A stretch of 63,215 nt of DNA, filler included, from Conidiobolus incongruus B7586 (lineage: Eukaryota), in NCBI GenBank assembly GCA_000697335.1. It is 6 parts of 6 records of this genome, joined end to end, with 100 filler letters (N's around TTAATTAATTAA, not from the genome) between each part and the next. Parts side by side here need not be neighbours in the genome. Positions count along the whole stretch, not along the records: positions 14,338 to 33,820 come from JNEM01007297.1; positions 33,921 to 49,310 come from JNEM01007300.1; 4 more parts are not named here. One strand, written 5' to 3'. Below are positions 25,901 through 40,057 of this stretch, one piece after another; the first letter of the stretch is position 1, and the number at the start of each line of letters is the position of its first letter. Both the position numbers and the translations under genes were made by a program. The notes beneath the pieces are model-generated. The model ran no database searches. It saw only the letters and a program-made list of their open reading frames with translations, and was not told where the DNA came from.

Positions 25901-28241
25901 AATTGAATTTATTTTTATAATTATTATTAATTATTGATAAAAACGAAATAACGGTAAATGTAAGATTGAAAGGATTAAAAGGTGAGAAAAGGTTTAATGC
26001 AAAAATGAATTTAAATGATTGATTAAATCATTGATGGATGGTGAATTTTTTTAATTTGCATGTGATTAGGGGGTCTTGAACTGAGAATTGGTTTTAAGTC
26101 ATTTTGGTCAAGTAGATTAATCCTAATTTGTTTACTATTGAGAACTTAATAATGGATTTTCTGAGTTTTCTTAATTTTTTTTAGATTATAGATATTTCGT
26201 CATTAAAATAGATATATTAACCATTTTAACCTTCATTATCGCTGTAATAATTTATTTAATTTTCATATGTTATTATTTTTAATTTTTTTATTTATTTTCA
26301 TTATTTAATCTGAGATTTTTTCAAATATTATCCAAATTGGAAATGAAACTGATAAGGATATTTTTTTAATGCGAGTCACATTGTTACTAAAGTTGGATTG
26401 TGAGAATTATTACAAAAATATATAATTGAGAGTGTTATTGATCTTAAAAGCATAGTTGAATGTATTGTAAATATCTTAGACTCAATATTTTTGGCATTAT
26501 AATCAAAATCAATTATTAGCTATTAATGGGTGAATAATGGATTATAATCACCAACCATGTAAGTTGGATGAGATATTATTAGTGAAAATTTATGCAAAAA
26601 TTATAATGTTTAAAACGTTTGATAATTTGATTATTGAAATAGAAATGAAACTTATATTTGTTTAGTAAATTTTCATTAATAAATAAGATGATGATTTTTG
26701 AATAAAAATTATTGACTTCACTATAATTAATTTAAAGATTTATTTTTATTATTTTTGATTTTAATGATAATCATTATTCAAAATTATTTAGTTTTCAATC
26801 TATCCTTGTAAACTATTTGTCGCTAAATATTTTATCCATCACTTAGAAAAATATTCAATATCTTAAAAATTTAATATATGTTATTAGTATTTTGATAAAG
26901 TTAATATTTGAATTTATTATATTATGTTCAATTAAAAATTACCTAAGTTATCAATGAAAAAATTTATTTTATCTGGGTGATATTATTTAATATATAATAA
27001 TATTAATAATAATAATGTAATCCTATTCTTTTCAAATTCATTATATTAGTGTTTTTAATGCAGATTATATTTATAAATCAATCATTGATGATATTTGAAT
27101 TTAAATATTCTTAAACTTCAATATATTGACATATCCAAAGTTGAGGCCTTTGGCCATGGTGAATGTAACAATCTCCAAATCCTAAATTTTTCTGAATTAT
27201 AATATGTCAAAATAATTCTTATTCCCCAATTAAATTTTTCGGAATAATAATTGAAAAATCAATTGATATTAAAACACTACCAAATATCGACATCTACATT
27301 CATAAAATAACTTATGTAATTAAGAATAATATTTATCAGATTGACATACAATCGTTATAGATGTAGTCATCATAATCTATATTTAATATTTTTATATCAT
27401 TGAACATTATTTTTATAATATTTATTATTATTTAATTCATTTAATATAGTCATAGTATCTAATCTGTGTCTTGTATTTTTTAAACTCCTATAGTAATTTG
27501 GTAATTTAATTTAACATTAACAATTCTTTCCAGTAATAGTATTATTACTTTATCCATATGTTTTTGATTACTATTTTAAATAATTTTTTCAAGTGAAATA
27601 TAGACAACAGTATAGTAAATTTAATCATATTTCAATGAAGATGCATATTAATTATAGTTGATTTTGTAATAGTTGTATTTAATAACACCTAGTCTAGGCC
27701 TCATTTGAATATGTATAAACCGAGTTTTTATTGGATAAATTACAAAAGCATTTTATCAGATTTTATGAATATTAATGAAAAATTACCTTATCAATTCAAC
27801 AGTTTTATTTCTCATATATTATACCGATATAATTATAAATCCTTAATGAAACTACCAGTTACTATCAAAATAAGGAAAAGCGATTAATATGCCAACAATC
27901 AAATATTATGATCGTTAATTGAAATATACAATCAAGCCTTAGTCAAGAGGATAGAATTCTTGCTAATAATAACACTATCATGGTTTGGTTATTAGGGTTA
28001 AAAAATTCCTCAGCTATTCGAGAGTAGTTGTCTGAACTACTAATTGAATTTTAGGATGGGGAGTTTAGAAGGCGCTTGAGTAAATAAAAATTTTGGTATT
28101 GATATTACCACAATATGGAGTTTTATTTAAATTTAATGATTATATTAGAATTGAAGAGTTAATTAAATGATTTGGGACTTAGAAATAATAATGGCAGAAA
28201 GTTGAGTGATTTTAATGATAATTCAAGTTAATTTTAATTAA

Positions 28242-29686
28242 ATGGTCTAAAGACAATAAGGATCTATCAAAATCAGTTGCTATAAACTACTACACTGTTA
28301 ACTAATTGATCCAGACTCATTGATCAAAAACATGAACCCATTTCATAACGTCAACCTCAACTTTATATCATATTGATTGTTTAGTTGTCAGCAGCTCTAT
28401 CCTACAGTATTTTGTCAGTATTCATATATTTCATGGTAAAAGATTGCAACATTACGGACAGAGAATCCGAATTGGGTTATTATGTAGGAACAATAACATC
28501 CTGTTTTGCAATCGCTGCAATGTGTACCAGCATATTTTGGGGTAGCGTGTTTGACAGGATTGTCAGGAAAGCAGCACTCATCCTTGGATTAATTAGATCC
28601 CGCATTAGTTTATTTTTATCCGGGTTGAGCAAATCGTTAATTTAGGCAATTTGTACAAATAATCTGAGTGTTATATTAAATGGGAATGTAGGCGTCGTGA
28701 AGACAATGATTAGCGAAATGACGGATAAATCCAATAGCTAGAGCTTTTAGTTGCCTTTTAATAAAGATGGGATTGGATAACACGGTAAATTCTGTAATTG
28801 ACTGATTCCTCCCTAAACCAGAAGGAAGATTCCCAGAACGATTTGGAAGTAATGCTTTTTGGACTAATTATTATTATTTTTTGGCATGTCAAATTGCTGG
28901 TAAAGTCAATTTATTGTCTACATTACTTTCATTTTACTGTTTGGAAGAAATCTTGAAACGAAAGCCATCTTATAGAAGGAGCAGATCAGATTCAGGAAGT
29001 TAGATACATTCTGTAACGTCAGATTCCAATTCACAGCCATTGTTACATAATCGTCTTGGTTCTTCCATATGTAATAATAGCAAGGCAGTGATGATTGGTT
29101 TTGTTCTGATGGCTCTTCTTTTGGTGATCTTTAAGTAATTGATTATATTGTGATCACCAACCGATATTTCAAAAGGAGGTCAATGTTTTAAATATGACGA
29201 CATTGCCAAGGCAATATCAACCACTGGTATTATGATTTTATTTGTTCAACTGGTTACAAAAAACTGCAACAATGGTTAGGAACATTAAAATTATATGGAT
29301 CAGTCTATCAAATATATGGCTATCTTCATTTTGATTCTAACGGTGAATGACATTGTCGAACAGGGAAATGACATTCTAATGTGAGTTAGTATAATTATAT
29401 TATTATTGTTAAGAGCCACTTGCAATAGTTTGAGAAATACTAGTGTGAATATACTACTAGCGGAAACTGCAAATAATAAAGGTAATTTGGAGATGTTCAA
29501 TGGTTTAAGTCGAACATTAAGCGCAATTTAAAGAGTTCTAGCATCTGCTTTAACCCATACTATTTAAAATTTTTTCTTAGTGATAGTTTCTCTATCCGTT
29601 CGATTATCATTTAGTCTGGTATATTTTATCATTTCTATACTTTTTCAATTATTGATATTTTTTTCAATTTTGAAAATATTCAATAA
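28242..29686 (+). pseudogene. MFS transporter pseudogene (paralog of 18527-19972)
   Basis: FIYFMVKDCNITDRESELGYYVGTITSCFAIA and later segments are colinear with the intact copy through YPFDYHLVWYIL; many stops and frameshifts. Confidence 0.9.
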
Positions 29687-29789
29687 TATTTTTCGAATAT
29701 ATTTTTTACACAATACAATTTTAAACAACGTCTAATTCAAGTTTGACCCTTCAAAATAATTTGTATAAATTTATAAAAATTTATTATTA

Positions 29790-30085
29790 TAAAATTAATT
29801 AATTTCTCTTGACCACTCTTGGGCTTGAAATGCTGAAAGTGGGTGATTTCATTATTTCCTGATTGTTTTTCGCTAGGATATAAACAATTTAAATCATATC
29901 TGAACAATAATCCAATGAGACATTAGGTAATTTCGACTATCCAAGGTGCTTGCTAAAACATATGCGGGAGCCCTTGGCAGATACCTTAGTGGTGTCTCGA
30001 AGTTTGTTTCTGCTACTTTATGACTATCTCGCAGGCTTTAGTTCTTCTGGATTGTTGGATTGAAGATGCCTCTGTTGCTAGGAGT
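29790..30085 (-). pseudogene. Last exon of a cytochrome P450 pseudogene
   Basis: Minus strand reads NNPEELKPAR*S...KGSRICFSKHL...EIT*CLIGLLFRYDL...KPKSG, matching the intact P450 NNAKEFIPERW...KGSHVCIGKHL...KPKSG. Confidence 0.75.
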
Positions 30086-30829
30086 AAAAATTAACTTACA
30101 CTTAAGTCTACTTAATATAATTGATTAGATAAAATCAATAATTGAGATAATCAAAAGTGAGAGACTAAAATTAGCTAGTAAATATATAGCGGTTCGAAAA
30201 TTGAATCAATTTTAAACTTATATTTTAATAAATAATGCTAACTCAAAAATAATATGATTCTAATAATTAATTATTTTGTTGTTTTTCAATAACAGAATTC
30301 CATACTAATGGCAATTGCATAACTTGTTTTTATTGGTTTATAATTTATCTTCAAAATTACATATTTTATTTTGAAATTTAAAGTTGAATTGTTATCAAAT
30401 CTCATTCCCTAGATCAAATTCTTTAATTCACCAAAACAATCATAATCACAAGAATCCATATATAGTGAATATAATGAATGTCGTAATAAAGACCATTTCT
30501 TTTCAGTAAACAAATTTTGGATAATTTTTGCCGAATGTATATAATTATTATCATGTAAAATCAATGATTTTTAATTAAACTTTTCTAACACTAATTTATA
30601 ACTATAGTTGTTGAAATTTTAAAAAATACTCTATTATTATGAATTAAATTAGCTAGTAATAATTGGTGGAATGATATACTATTAATATCTGTACCTAATA
30701 ATAACATTCACTTGTTTCAAAATCTTTGATTAGAATCAATATTGATAGTTTTGATTTTTCAACCCAAGCACTCTATTTATTCCTTGGAAATAAGTCATAT
30801 ACTAGATTCTACAATTTATCTACTGCAAT

Positions 30830-31260
30830 TATTTAAGGTTAATATGATAAATCTTATAATTGCATAAGTCTTTATTAGTTATACTTCTTCTCTTATTTAC
30901 CTAATCTCTAGTTAAAATATAAAATAACTATATTCTTAATTTTTTAACTAATTTTTAAATATCTTTTAGTGAAGTAATAGTAGAGTTAATATTAAAATAT
31001 AAAAATTGTGTAAGCTTTTTTGCTAAAGCAGATAGGTGATATTTGAAATATCTTTTAATTTTATTTATATTTCTTTAGTTAGCTATACATTTAAGATAGC
31101 TTAAATAAGATAAGTCTTCTATATTAAAGCTTCTAGCTTTGAGTTGATTAAACTAGTTTGTAATACTATTTTTTGAAAGCCCTTTGCGACTAGTTACTAC
31201 TTGGAAATTTTTTGTTAATAGTTGATATAGAAGGTTTTGTATAATATGATATAACAACAA
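30830..31260 (-). mobile_element. Decayed mariner transposase 5' fragment lying inside the P450 pseudogene
   Basis: Minus frame LSKNSITN*FNQLKARSFNIEDLSYLSYLK back-mutates mostly by transitions to the mariner HTH/linker WF..FK.G.F..ED.PRSGRP. Boundaries approximate. Confidence 0.6.
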
Positions 31261-31479
31261 TTGCTCTTTGTTCAACACAGGTAAAATTTAAATTCTATAA
31301 TTTTCAGTTATATTGTTTTTGGCTCTTATTCTCCTAAAGAGTTATGTTATATAGTGGATATGATGAATTATCAGATTACTTGTTATTAATTAAAATAATA
31401 CCAAAATTAGAGTGAAATAATCATGATACATTAAATAGTATTTGATTTTAGAAAATTACTTTTTGAACCACTAGATTTA

Positions 31480-32776
31480 GCAGCCTTTTATATATACACC
31501 TGCTTCTGGTACAAATTTTGGAACACCAAATGGAAAAGCTGGTGTTAATCTTATTGTTTCGGAAATGATACCTTCCAAGTTTGGGAGACGTTCGCAACAC
31601 CAGAGGTAGGATTTAATGTTACCATTTTCATCGACTGGTTTAACGCGATTGATCTCCTCGATAGTTTTTTGGTAACATTCTGAATATCTGAGTAGATTTT
31701 AAACACACACAAACATAGTAGATCCAGTACTGTCTACCCATGCAAATAATAGGATAATTCATTAAGATCTGAGATCTGTATCAGTTAATTTTTCATTAGT
31801 TTCTGGACCTTACAGATATAGATAGTAACGTAAAACATCTATGGTATTTGGTTAAGATTGTTTTTTAAAGTCGTAGCCTTTCTGGCAGGCTATTAATGTA
31901 TCAATAATAACTAAATCAAATAGGAGAGAAAATTACCCCATTTTTATATTCGATTACTTTATATAATCTATTTAAGAGCAGCAATTTAATATAGTGTTGG
32001 AATGGAAAAGTAATATAATAAAAAATAAGCTTAGATAAATGATAAGTATTGAAATTAGTTTATTTACTACCAAAACCATCATTATAGAATTTTTAATTGC
32101 TTCCATATATTCGTGTTTTTTATTGTTAATCATATTAAATTTTTGACCAAATACTAACTCACCGATCATGTCTTAATAAATAATTAAATATCACAATAAC
32201 ATACTTACTACTGTCAAATAATGATATTCATCAATAAAATTGACGATTTCACCCCTCACTATTTCTCTCAAATTTCATCAACATTCTCTATCACCATCAT
32301 TCCTAATGATTGGCTGCATCCCATTCGAATTTTTTTGACTGAAAGTATGACTCATCATAAGTCGTCCCTTGTTATGTTCATGTATATCTCTAATACTTAC
32401 GAAATTGACACTGATATCTTTTATAAACACTGTGTGAATTTGGAGCTTTGAAACCTGTTATTGATATAAAATAGTTTTGAGCCTGTTTAGTCTATTAAAT
32501 TGATAGTATTTGATCCTGTTTTAACTACTGGTCTGTACTTTGAATGCCATTCAAGAGTTTTTGGTATAAAATACCACTATTCTGACAATGGGATGAATAA
32601 AATGAAGTAGGGGCTACATATCAAGAATCTAATATGCGACCAATTGATGAAGGCAAAACAAATAGATCAATTTGGTGAGTTTATAATAGCAGAAGTAGCA
32701 AGAAAACTTGTGATCCAAATACCCCAAAAAAATCAATAAAATCGAGACAATTTATTAAATTGCTATACTTATTCAT
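31480..32776 (-). pseudogene. Cytochrome P450 pseudogene, N-terminal and central part
   Basis: DMIGELVFGQKFNMI, PETNEKLTD and EINRVKPVDENGNIKSYLWCCERLPNLEGIISETIRLTPAFPFGVP match the intact P450, with at least one shared intron position; stops and frameshifts present. Confidence 0.88.
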
Positions 32777-33574
32777 ATTATTAAAAACTTTCAGTATTAT
32801 GAAATTATCGTAATATTGTGAATTTGACTACTATTTATACATATCAATCTTGGACAAAAGATGCATATATGGAGCAATTTATTCTCAGCTTGATTTTAAA
32901 ACTCAATTGGAATAATTGAACCGAAAATTTTAGATTAATGAAAATTTTGATCTTATCATCTATTATCTTATCATAACTGATTTTTAACCATTACTACTGA
33001 TTTTTGATATATTGGTATATTGATTTATTTTTGATGGTTTTCAAATTATTGATTAATTCAAGTTATTTTTTTATATTACCTTGCCAATATATTTATATTT
33101 AATATTATTTCATTATAACTTATATATACATGTATCTATTTTTTAATAATCAATTATAAATCAAGGTTATAGAATTAAAAGAATAGAACCTAAGCCTCTG
33201 GGTTCATTGCCAGGATTGTAAATCTATTTAAGTGCAAGATGAGAAATTCAACACTGATCAAAATCAAACCAAGTATCTATCTCACTAAAATAAAAATTGA
33301 ACCCACTCAGACTAAATACCATAATTAACCTAATCGAAAATTATAATGATAAGACTCAATCTTACTATAGTTTATATTATAATGATTTACTTTATATTTG
33401 AAAATAAGATGATAAGGTAAGAAATTTATTTAACAATTATATTAAATAACTTCCAATTATTAGTTCAAAAGGGAAAAATTAGGAAATTTATAAATTCTGA
33501 TCTTTCAAATATATTCTGAAATTGGAAAATTAATAATATATAACGTATAAGAGAAGCAATACTTTCGAACTATA

Positions 33575-33820
33575 TATATTAATGTGCATAAATAAGTTAT
33601 AAAATTAAAACCACTTATATATTTACCTATTATTTTACCAACTTTTAATTTAATTAATTCAAATTAGATTATATATATAAAATACATTAATTGATTATAT
33701 TTAATTAGTTATTGATAAGTATATCAAAACAAAAAATATAAATAAAATAAGTTACAAATTTATAAATTTATAAGATATATATGTATATATAATAAAGCTT
33801 ATATTTATTTTATTTTTTTT
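33575..33820 (+). mobile_element. Terminal repeat of a Tc1-like element (same family as 60356-61922), cut by the gap
   Basis: Aligns with the reverse complement of ~61660-61922, e.g. aataagt(t/c)ataaaat(t/c)aaaa..acttatatatttacctat and gtta(c/t)aaatttata. Confidence 0.75.
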
Positions 33821-33920
33821 NNNNNNNNNNNNNNNNNNNNNNNNNNNNNNNNNNNNNNNNNNNNTTAATTAATTAANNNNNNNNNNNNNNNNNNNNNNNN
33901 NNNNNNNNNNNNNNNNNNNN
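33821..33920. other. Artificial contig spacer
   Basis: 44N-TTAATTAATTAA-44N. Confidence 0.97.
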
Positions 33921-34380
33921 GTTATATATTACTTTTTTAAATAAAACAATTTCTAAATGGTGTTCTCAATATAAATTAAAGACACCTATTATTTTGCATG
34001 ATAATTGCAAAATACATAAAGCTAAAGCTGTAAAAGATTTTTTATATAAAAAAAATTGGAGGGAGTTACCACATCTAGTATATTCACCTGATTATAATCC
34101 ATGTGATTATAATTGTTTTAGACAATTAAAAAAACAGCTTGCAGGAAAAAAAATTCCTGCAAACAAATTAAATTGGTTTGTGAAACATCAAATTTCAGTC
34201 CTTAATAAAAAGAACTGTTTTTTAGGTATTAGAAGCTTACCAAAGGTATGGAAAAGAGTTATTAATAATAAAGGAGGCTATTAATTTTATATTATTCATT
34301 AAATTTTATATATTATTTATTAATTTATTTGTTTAATTTTAATTTTAAAATTGTGCCATTACTTAATTTCTGCACTAATA
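33921..34380 (+). mobile_element. Mariner (DD34D) element, 3' part with right terminal inverted repeat
   Basis: Open frame ILHDNCKIH...ELPHLVYSPDYNPCDY...LPKVWKRVINNKGGY* with 34 residues between the 2nd and 3rd catalytic Asp. The end gtgccattacttaatttctgcactaa+TA recurs in the second copy. Confidence 0.92.
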
Positions 34381-34799
34381 TTATCTATTTACCTTATTAA
34401 CAAAATAAAATATATAAAAATATTGTTTTGTATTGGTAATAAATTAATGTAATTTAATATTATTTATACCAAAACATTATATTTATTAAAATCTAATTTA
34501 AACTGAATAATGAAAATATAAAATAAATATATTATAATTAAACAAAGGCTAAAATAATTATAGAAAAATAAAATTTATCAAAATATAGCTGAAACAAAGA
34601 TTTCTATATCAAATTAATATAATTAATGAATTTTATATCTTTTTTATATAACTTTTGTATTTAAAAACAAAATAAAAATTAGATAAATTTAAAATAATCT
34701 CCTTTACAAATTTTAATAATAAACACTTTATTGATAAGCTAATTTCAATTATTAAAATAAATTATAATAGTGTATAATTTTTTCAATTTTCAAAAGTAA

Positions 34800-35262
34800 A
34801 TTAATTAATAACAAGTTTTATATTTTTTAAATAATATAATTTTAATTTGTATTATTATGAATTCAAAATACCAATTATTTTGCATAATATTAGTAAAAAT
34901 TTAAAGTTAAAATTGTAAAAGATTTTCTATATATTAAAATTAAGAGTTATCATATCTATGATATTTACTAAATTACAACACATACAATTATAATTGTTTT
35001 GGGTAATTAAAAATTATACTTATAGGAAAACAATTTCCACAAACAAATTAAATTAGTTTGTAAAATATTAAATTTCAGTCCTTAATAAAAAGAACTGTTT
35101 TTTAAGAGTTAAAAACTTGCCAAAAGTATGGCAAAGAGTGATTAATAATAAAACAGAATATTAATTTTTTATTGTGTATTAATTTTGATATAACATATGT
35201 TAATATTTTTATTTAATTTTGATTTTAAAATATTGCAATTACTTAATTTTTGTACTTATATT
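34800..35262 (+). mobile_element. Second, decayed mariner copy
   Basis: Aligns with 33930-34380 (shared aaatttcagtccttaataaaaagaactgtttttta) including the terminal repeat ttgcaattacttaatttttgtacttata. May extend further 5'. Confidence 0.85.
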
Positions 35263-35783
35263 AATCTATTATTTTTGAGTTTTAGTAATAATGATTTTCA
35301 AAATATTCGAAAATTATTAACTTTATCAACAAATCCAGAATCTTTTAATTATAAAAATATGACAATTTATTTAAAATTGGTTACATTTGTATCAACCATT
35401 ATACTAGTATAATACTATAGATTTAATATATATTAGGAATTTATTTAACTTTTTATAGAAATAGATTATTTTTCATTATTAACTCAAAAATTTGATTGAT
35501 CATCTATTCAGTTTGATTCGATATTACTTTAGTAATTATTAACTCTAAATTAAATAATCATATATCTGGTCATTATAATAATAATTAATGAGGAAATTAG
35601 GTATGCTTTAGTATTTAATCAAAAAATTATCAGAATATTATATTATTTCAACTTTTCGACAATAAATTTATTAATCGTGATCTAACAATATATCACTGAT
35701 ATAATTTAAATTATAAATTGTGAAATTTTGATATATTATCTAAGATATGCTATTAGCTTTTATTTAATATTATTATGAGTATA

Positions 35784-37490
35784 TTAAATTGTTTTTAGAC
35801 TCAATCGACCAGATACTCTACCACTCTTAGGTTTGATGGTGACATAGCAAATTGTCTGGTCGTCTTTTGCTAACTTCTCCTCCTTGTTCAAATCGTGAAT
35901 ATGAAATTTGGTGAGGAGGCCGACAAAGCAGAACATGATTTCCATCCACGCGAGATGCTTACCAATACAGACGTGGGAACCTTTGCCGAAGGTGTATATT
36001 TTATCACGGATAGGGTCTTCTTCAGCTTCGAGCCATCTCTCTGGGATGAATTCTTTAGCATTGTTGAATTCTAATTCACTCTTGTGAAGTGAGGATACGC
36101 TCACGGATAATTCAGTCTATTAAATTAAAATCAGTTAGTGCTTAAATTGATGGTATTGAAAATGTGGATCGACTTGATGTGACTTACCTTTTCTGGGATG
36201 TAGTAGCCATTGATGTTAAGTCCACCGCTAGGAACTGATCTGGGGACACCGTTTTGGAATGGTGGCATTAGGCGCATAGTCTCTTGTATTACTGCAGCCA
36301 AGTATGGGAGATTCTCGCGGCACCACAAATATGGCTTGACATTGCCATCATCTTGAATTGGCTTGACACGATCGATTTCTTCGACTAGCTTGTGGTAGAC
36401 TTCAGGGTATCTGAATAGGAAGTAGATACACCATGCCATTGTGGATGCAGTGCTTTCCACCCCTGCCATGAGAACTAATAGACTCTCAGATATGAGCTCC
36501 TCCTCGGTAAGACCTTCGCCAGTCTCTGGATCGATTGCGTTGAGATAGTGATACATTATATCTTTGAAGTCCATTTGGGATTTCTTCTTTTGCTCCAAAG
36601 CTTCCTTACAAAACTAGATCAAATATGTCAGGCAGTGTTAAATTGATTCGGCTAAATGGTTACTTGATTCATGTATATCATAGCATCATACTGTTTGCCC
36701 ATGAATGGAATTCTTCTATTTTTTAAAAATGGTACCGTCACATACTATGATAGGTATTACTGTGAGAATATTGAACATAATACTAGCTTTAAATCTCACC
36801 AATACTTGAATAATCTGCGATTCCGACATAGCATCCATCAAATTACATTGTTCATCCTCAATCATTTTAAATTTCTGACTGAAAGCCAATTGTCCCATGA
36901 TATCCTAATAATCTTTAATACAAAGAGCTTGAATTTTTCCATCATTCACTTACAACTGTCAAATAATTGAATTCATCTAAAAAATTGACTACTTGGTTAT
37001 TTTTGCACTTGGCCTCAAATTTCCGCATGAGTTTCTGGACGCCTTCCTCCCAGATGACGGAATGCATCTCATCCAAATTCTTTTGACTGAAAGCATGACT
37101 CACGATTCTTCGTCTGCGGCTGTGCTCATCGCGATCTGTCATGGTGAATAGATTCTTACCCATGATTGCTTGCATCAACTTGGTCAATCTAGATTTTTCG
37201 AATTTGGAATTGGTATAGATAGTCTTGGACGCTTTAGGATCAATTGTAGTTACCACATTCGGTTCAATGCGTATCACAGGACCATAAATCTCATGGAGAC
37301 GTTCGACATAGGTGTTGAATTGGCCTGTTATTTTAAGGTACCCAGCGACTAGCGAACTGATTTGAAGGTACCAAGGCCCGGGCAAATGACTCAAAGGGTG
37401 AAAATAATATCGATAGATATACTGGGAGCATTTCCATACCAATAGAATTGCTACAATACTGTTAGTCACTAGATCTAATGCGAGACTCAT
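35784..37490 (-). CDS. Cytochrome P450, 5 exons, apparently intact
   Basis: YYFHPLSHLPGP, YGPVIRIEPN, I-helix AGVEST, ETMR, PERW and heme motif FGKGSHVCIG. Four GT-AG introns give a continuous frame. Confidence 0.95.
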
Positions 37491-38991
37491 CACCAACTAA
37501 ATTTTTATCAGTGATAAGTTTTAACAATTCGTATTTATAGTGTTATGAACTCAATTTTCAGTTTTTAGTTAATTTTCAATTTTTTCGATTTTCAAATTAA
37601 TTTTTATATCTGCTCGGAATTAGAATTTTATCCAGTGATATGGAAATTAAATAATATACCAAATCAATAATTATTTGAAACAAAAAAATTGAGAATTCTT
37701 AAAAACATGCTTGAAAATATAGAATATATTTCCATAATATTATTTTTTTCAATATAATTACTTTAATCTAAAATTGGAATTTATTAATAAAATTTGAATT
37801 TGATTAATTAATAAGGTATGTATTTTTGTATTGTAATATTTCAAAACACATGTCAGTCTCGATTCAATAGTTAAGTAGATATTACCTCCCATTTATTGTG
37901 GATTTGTTGGTCCATAATCAAATGATATTTTTTGTTCTTACCCAGTTCCTGTGTCACTCAGTGGATGAATTATTTAAACCCAGAAGTGATAATGATAGAA
38001 AGGTATTATAATTTTTACTGAATATTCTGATATGACATCTCAACAGTAAGTAACATTTAGGTCAAAATCTAAATTATAAATTCATCTCGAAATTTCAAAA
38101 TTTTCCACAAAATTTGATTCTAATCAATTGTATATCGGATTGGTAATATTTTTTATAACTGTAATTCAAAGGTAATTTTATGTAATATAATATAAATTTT
38201 GATGCAAAGTTTTTATTTGGTTTATCAACTATATTTAAAGATCTCGGAGATGGTATAATGTTTCTGATACAATTTCAAATTTTCGGGGAGATGAATTTAA
38301 TCCGGACAAACTAGTTAATTATTCAAATTAGCAATGAATTTATTTGCTATAGAAAGATAATAAGAATAATTTTTAATAAATTAGTTTAATAATGAGAAAA
38401 TTTTGCTTAATTTTTTTAAGAGAATATGAATCAATTTTTTTGGTTTATCAATTGTGAAAATACATCATTCCAGTAATTTATTCATTTATGAAGTTTGTTG
38501 AATTCTGACATTTATATAAATTAATTTGGTCATAATATAATAATAAAGATTTAAACACTTGAATTTTTTATTAAATGAATATAAAATAATTATATTGATT
38601 GAAAATTAATTTTACTATAATTCGATACCATATTCACTTTGAAATTATTAATAATAAATCCCATAGAAATTTATTAAGATATTAGGTTTTAAAATTAATT
38701 TAATATAGCTGTATCTTAAGTTTATTTAATATAATTCACACTAATGATCGAGATATTGAACTGAATTTTTACAAATAATTATATTATATAGGAAATTAAT
38801 ACAATTTAATCTAATATTGAGGTTGTATTGAAAATTACAGAGAAAATTTAATATAAACAAAATCAAATATATAGATATATAAAGTGATTAAAACTAGATC
38901 GAAATTAGAAAGAAGTGATGAAATATTCAATTAGTTATGGAAAAATTATGAATAAAATTCAAATTAAAAAAGTTAGTAATAAAAATAAAGA

Positions 38992-39062
38992 TGCAATGGC
39001 GGGGAATCGAACCCCGGTCTACCGCGTGGCAGGCGGTAATTATACCACTAAACCACCATTGC
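38992..39062 (-). tRNA. tRNA-Gly(GCC)
   Basis: Reverse complement GCAATGGTGGTTTAGTGGTATAATTACCGCCTGCCACGCGGTAGACCGGGGTTCGATTCCCCGCCATTGCA; anticodon GCC. Confidence 0.96.
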
Positions 39063-39224
39063 TCAACCGAAAGCTTTATAAAATTAAATTTAATTAACCT
39101 GATTAATTTTAATATTAACGATGTAATATTTTATAATTCAATCCATATTATATGAAAAAATCACATTAAAATCACTATATATTATTTTAATTATTTATTC
39201 AATTTAAATCATTAAATAATTTGA

Positions 39225-39850
39225 TTATTTTTTAAACACTTTTTCGAGTAAAGTTTCAAGCTCAAAATTTTTCAAATTAATGCTGGGTTCTAAATAATTG
39301 ACTAATTCGCTGTAGGCGAACATACCAGCACTAAAGTATGCACTGCTCATGAGCATACGCTTGATTGATCGCTCTAAATATTATGGATTAGTAAATAAAG
39401 TTAAGGGTTTGATATGGCATAATTTACTTTTGAGTTCGACAACTGCTCCAGTGACTAAACCACCGATGACGGGGTTCCAAACATCTTGTTGGAGCTCCAA
39501 GCTCTGTCCCTTTGGTGTAGGATTGAGGTCAGGGTCGCTGAACAATGTCTTATTGGTGCGGTACTCTTGACTCAAATTAGTGGTTAAGCCAAAAATTGTT
39601 GTGACAGATACTATTTTCAAATATTAAAAAATAAATATATTGAAATTACTGATAAATATGTAATGTTACCTATTCTCAATAGTTGGGCAGGGAGTGTCTT
39701 ATTTAATGCGTTATACATAAAAGAGTTCATACCACCTGGATAGCACACTGACAATGCGAGAAAACCCAATACACTGGAAGCTAAACTAGGACCAGTTTTG
39801 GAGGATGACGAATCACTACTCGACTTATTTGTAATTACTGAAAATGGCAT
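39225..39850 (-). CDS. Tim17/Tim22/Tim23-family membrane protein (possibly NDUFA11-like), 3 exons
   Basis: Spliced ...TTIFGLTTNLSQEYR...QDVWNPVIGGLVTGAVVELK|KRSIKRMLMSSAYFSAGMFAY...; the R...D.WN..IGG..TGA pattern is typical of the family. Confidence 0.7.
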
Positions 39851-40057
39851 AGTTTTCTTATTTATTCAATGTTCAATTTTCTTGTAATTTTATATTTATT
39901 TTATTTTTGTGATAATCTTGATTTCAGTTGAATTTGGAAAGTGAAAAGATTTGTACAGCATCATGATTTTATGGGATAATTGATTACATTTAAATGTTTG
40001 AAATTCAATTATCAAAATGTAATTCTTTCAAACTTGAGTATTCACTTAATAATTATA

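Noticed and set aside
26900..27580. Coding-like AT-rich tracts (also ~6850-7700, 44870-45510, 50700-51000, 57780-58900)
   Set aside because: May be old pseudogenes, but no continuous frame or recognisable motif was found.
33575..34380. Single transposon spanning the gap
   Set aside because: The left piece belongs to the Tc1 long-TIR family and the right piece to the mariner family, and the join is artificial.
38915..39097. 60-aa ORF
   Set aside because: Antisense overlap of tRNA-Gly.
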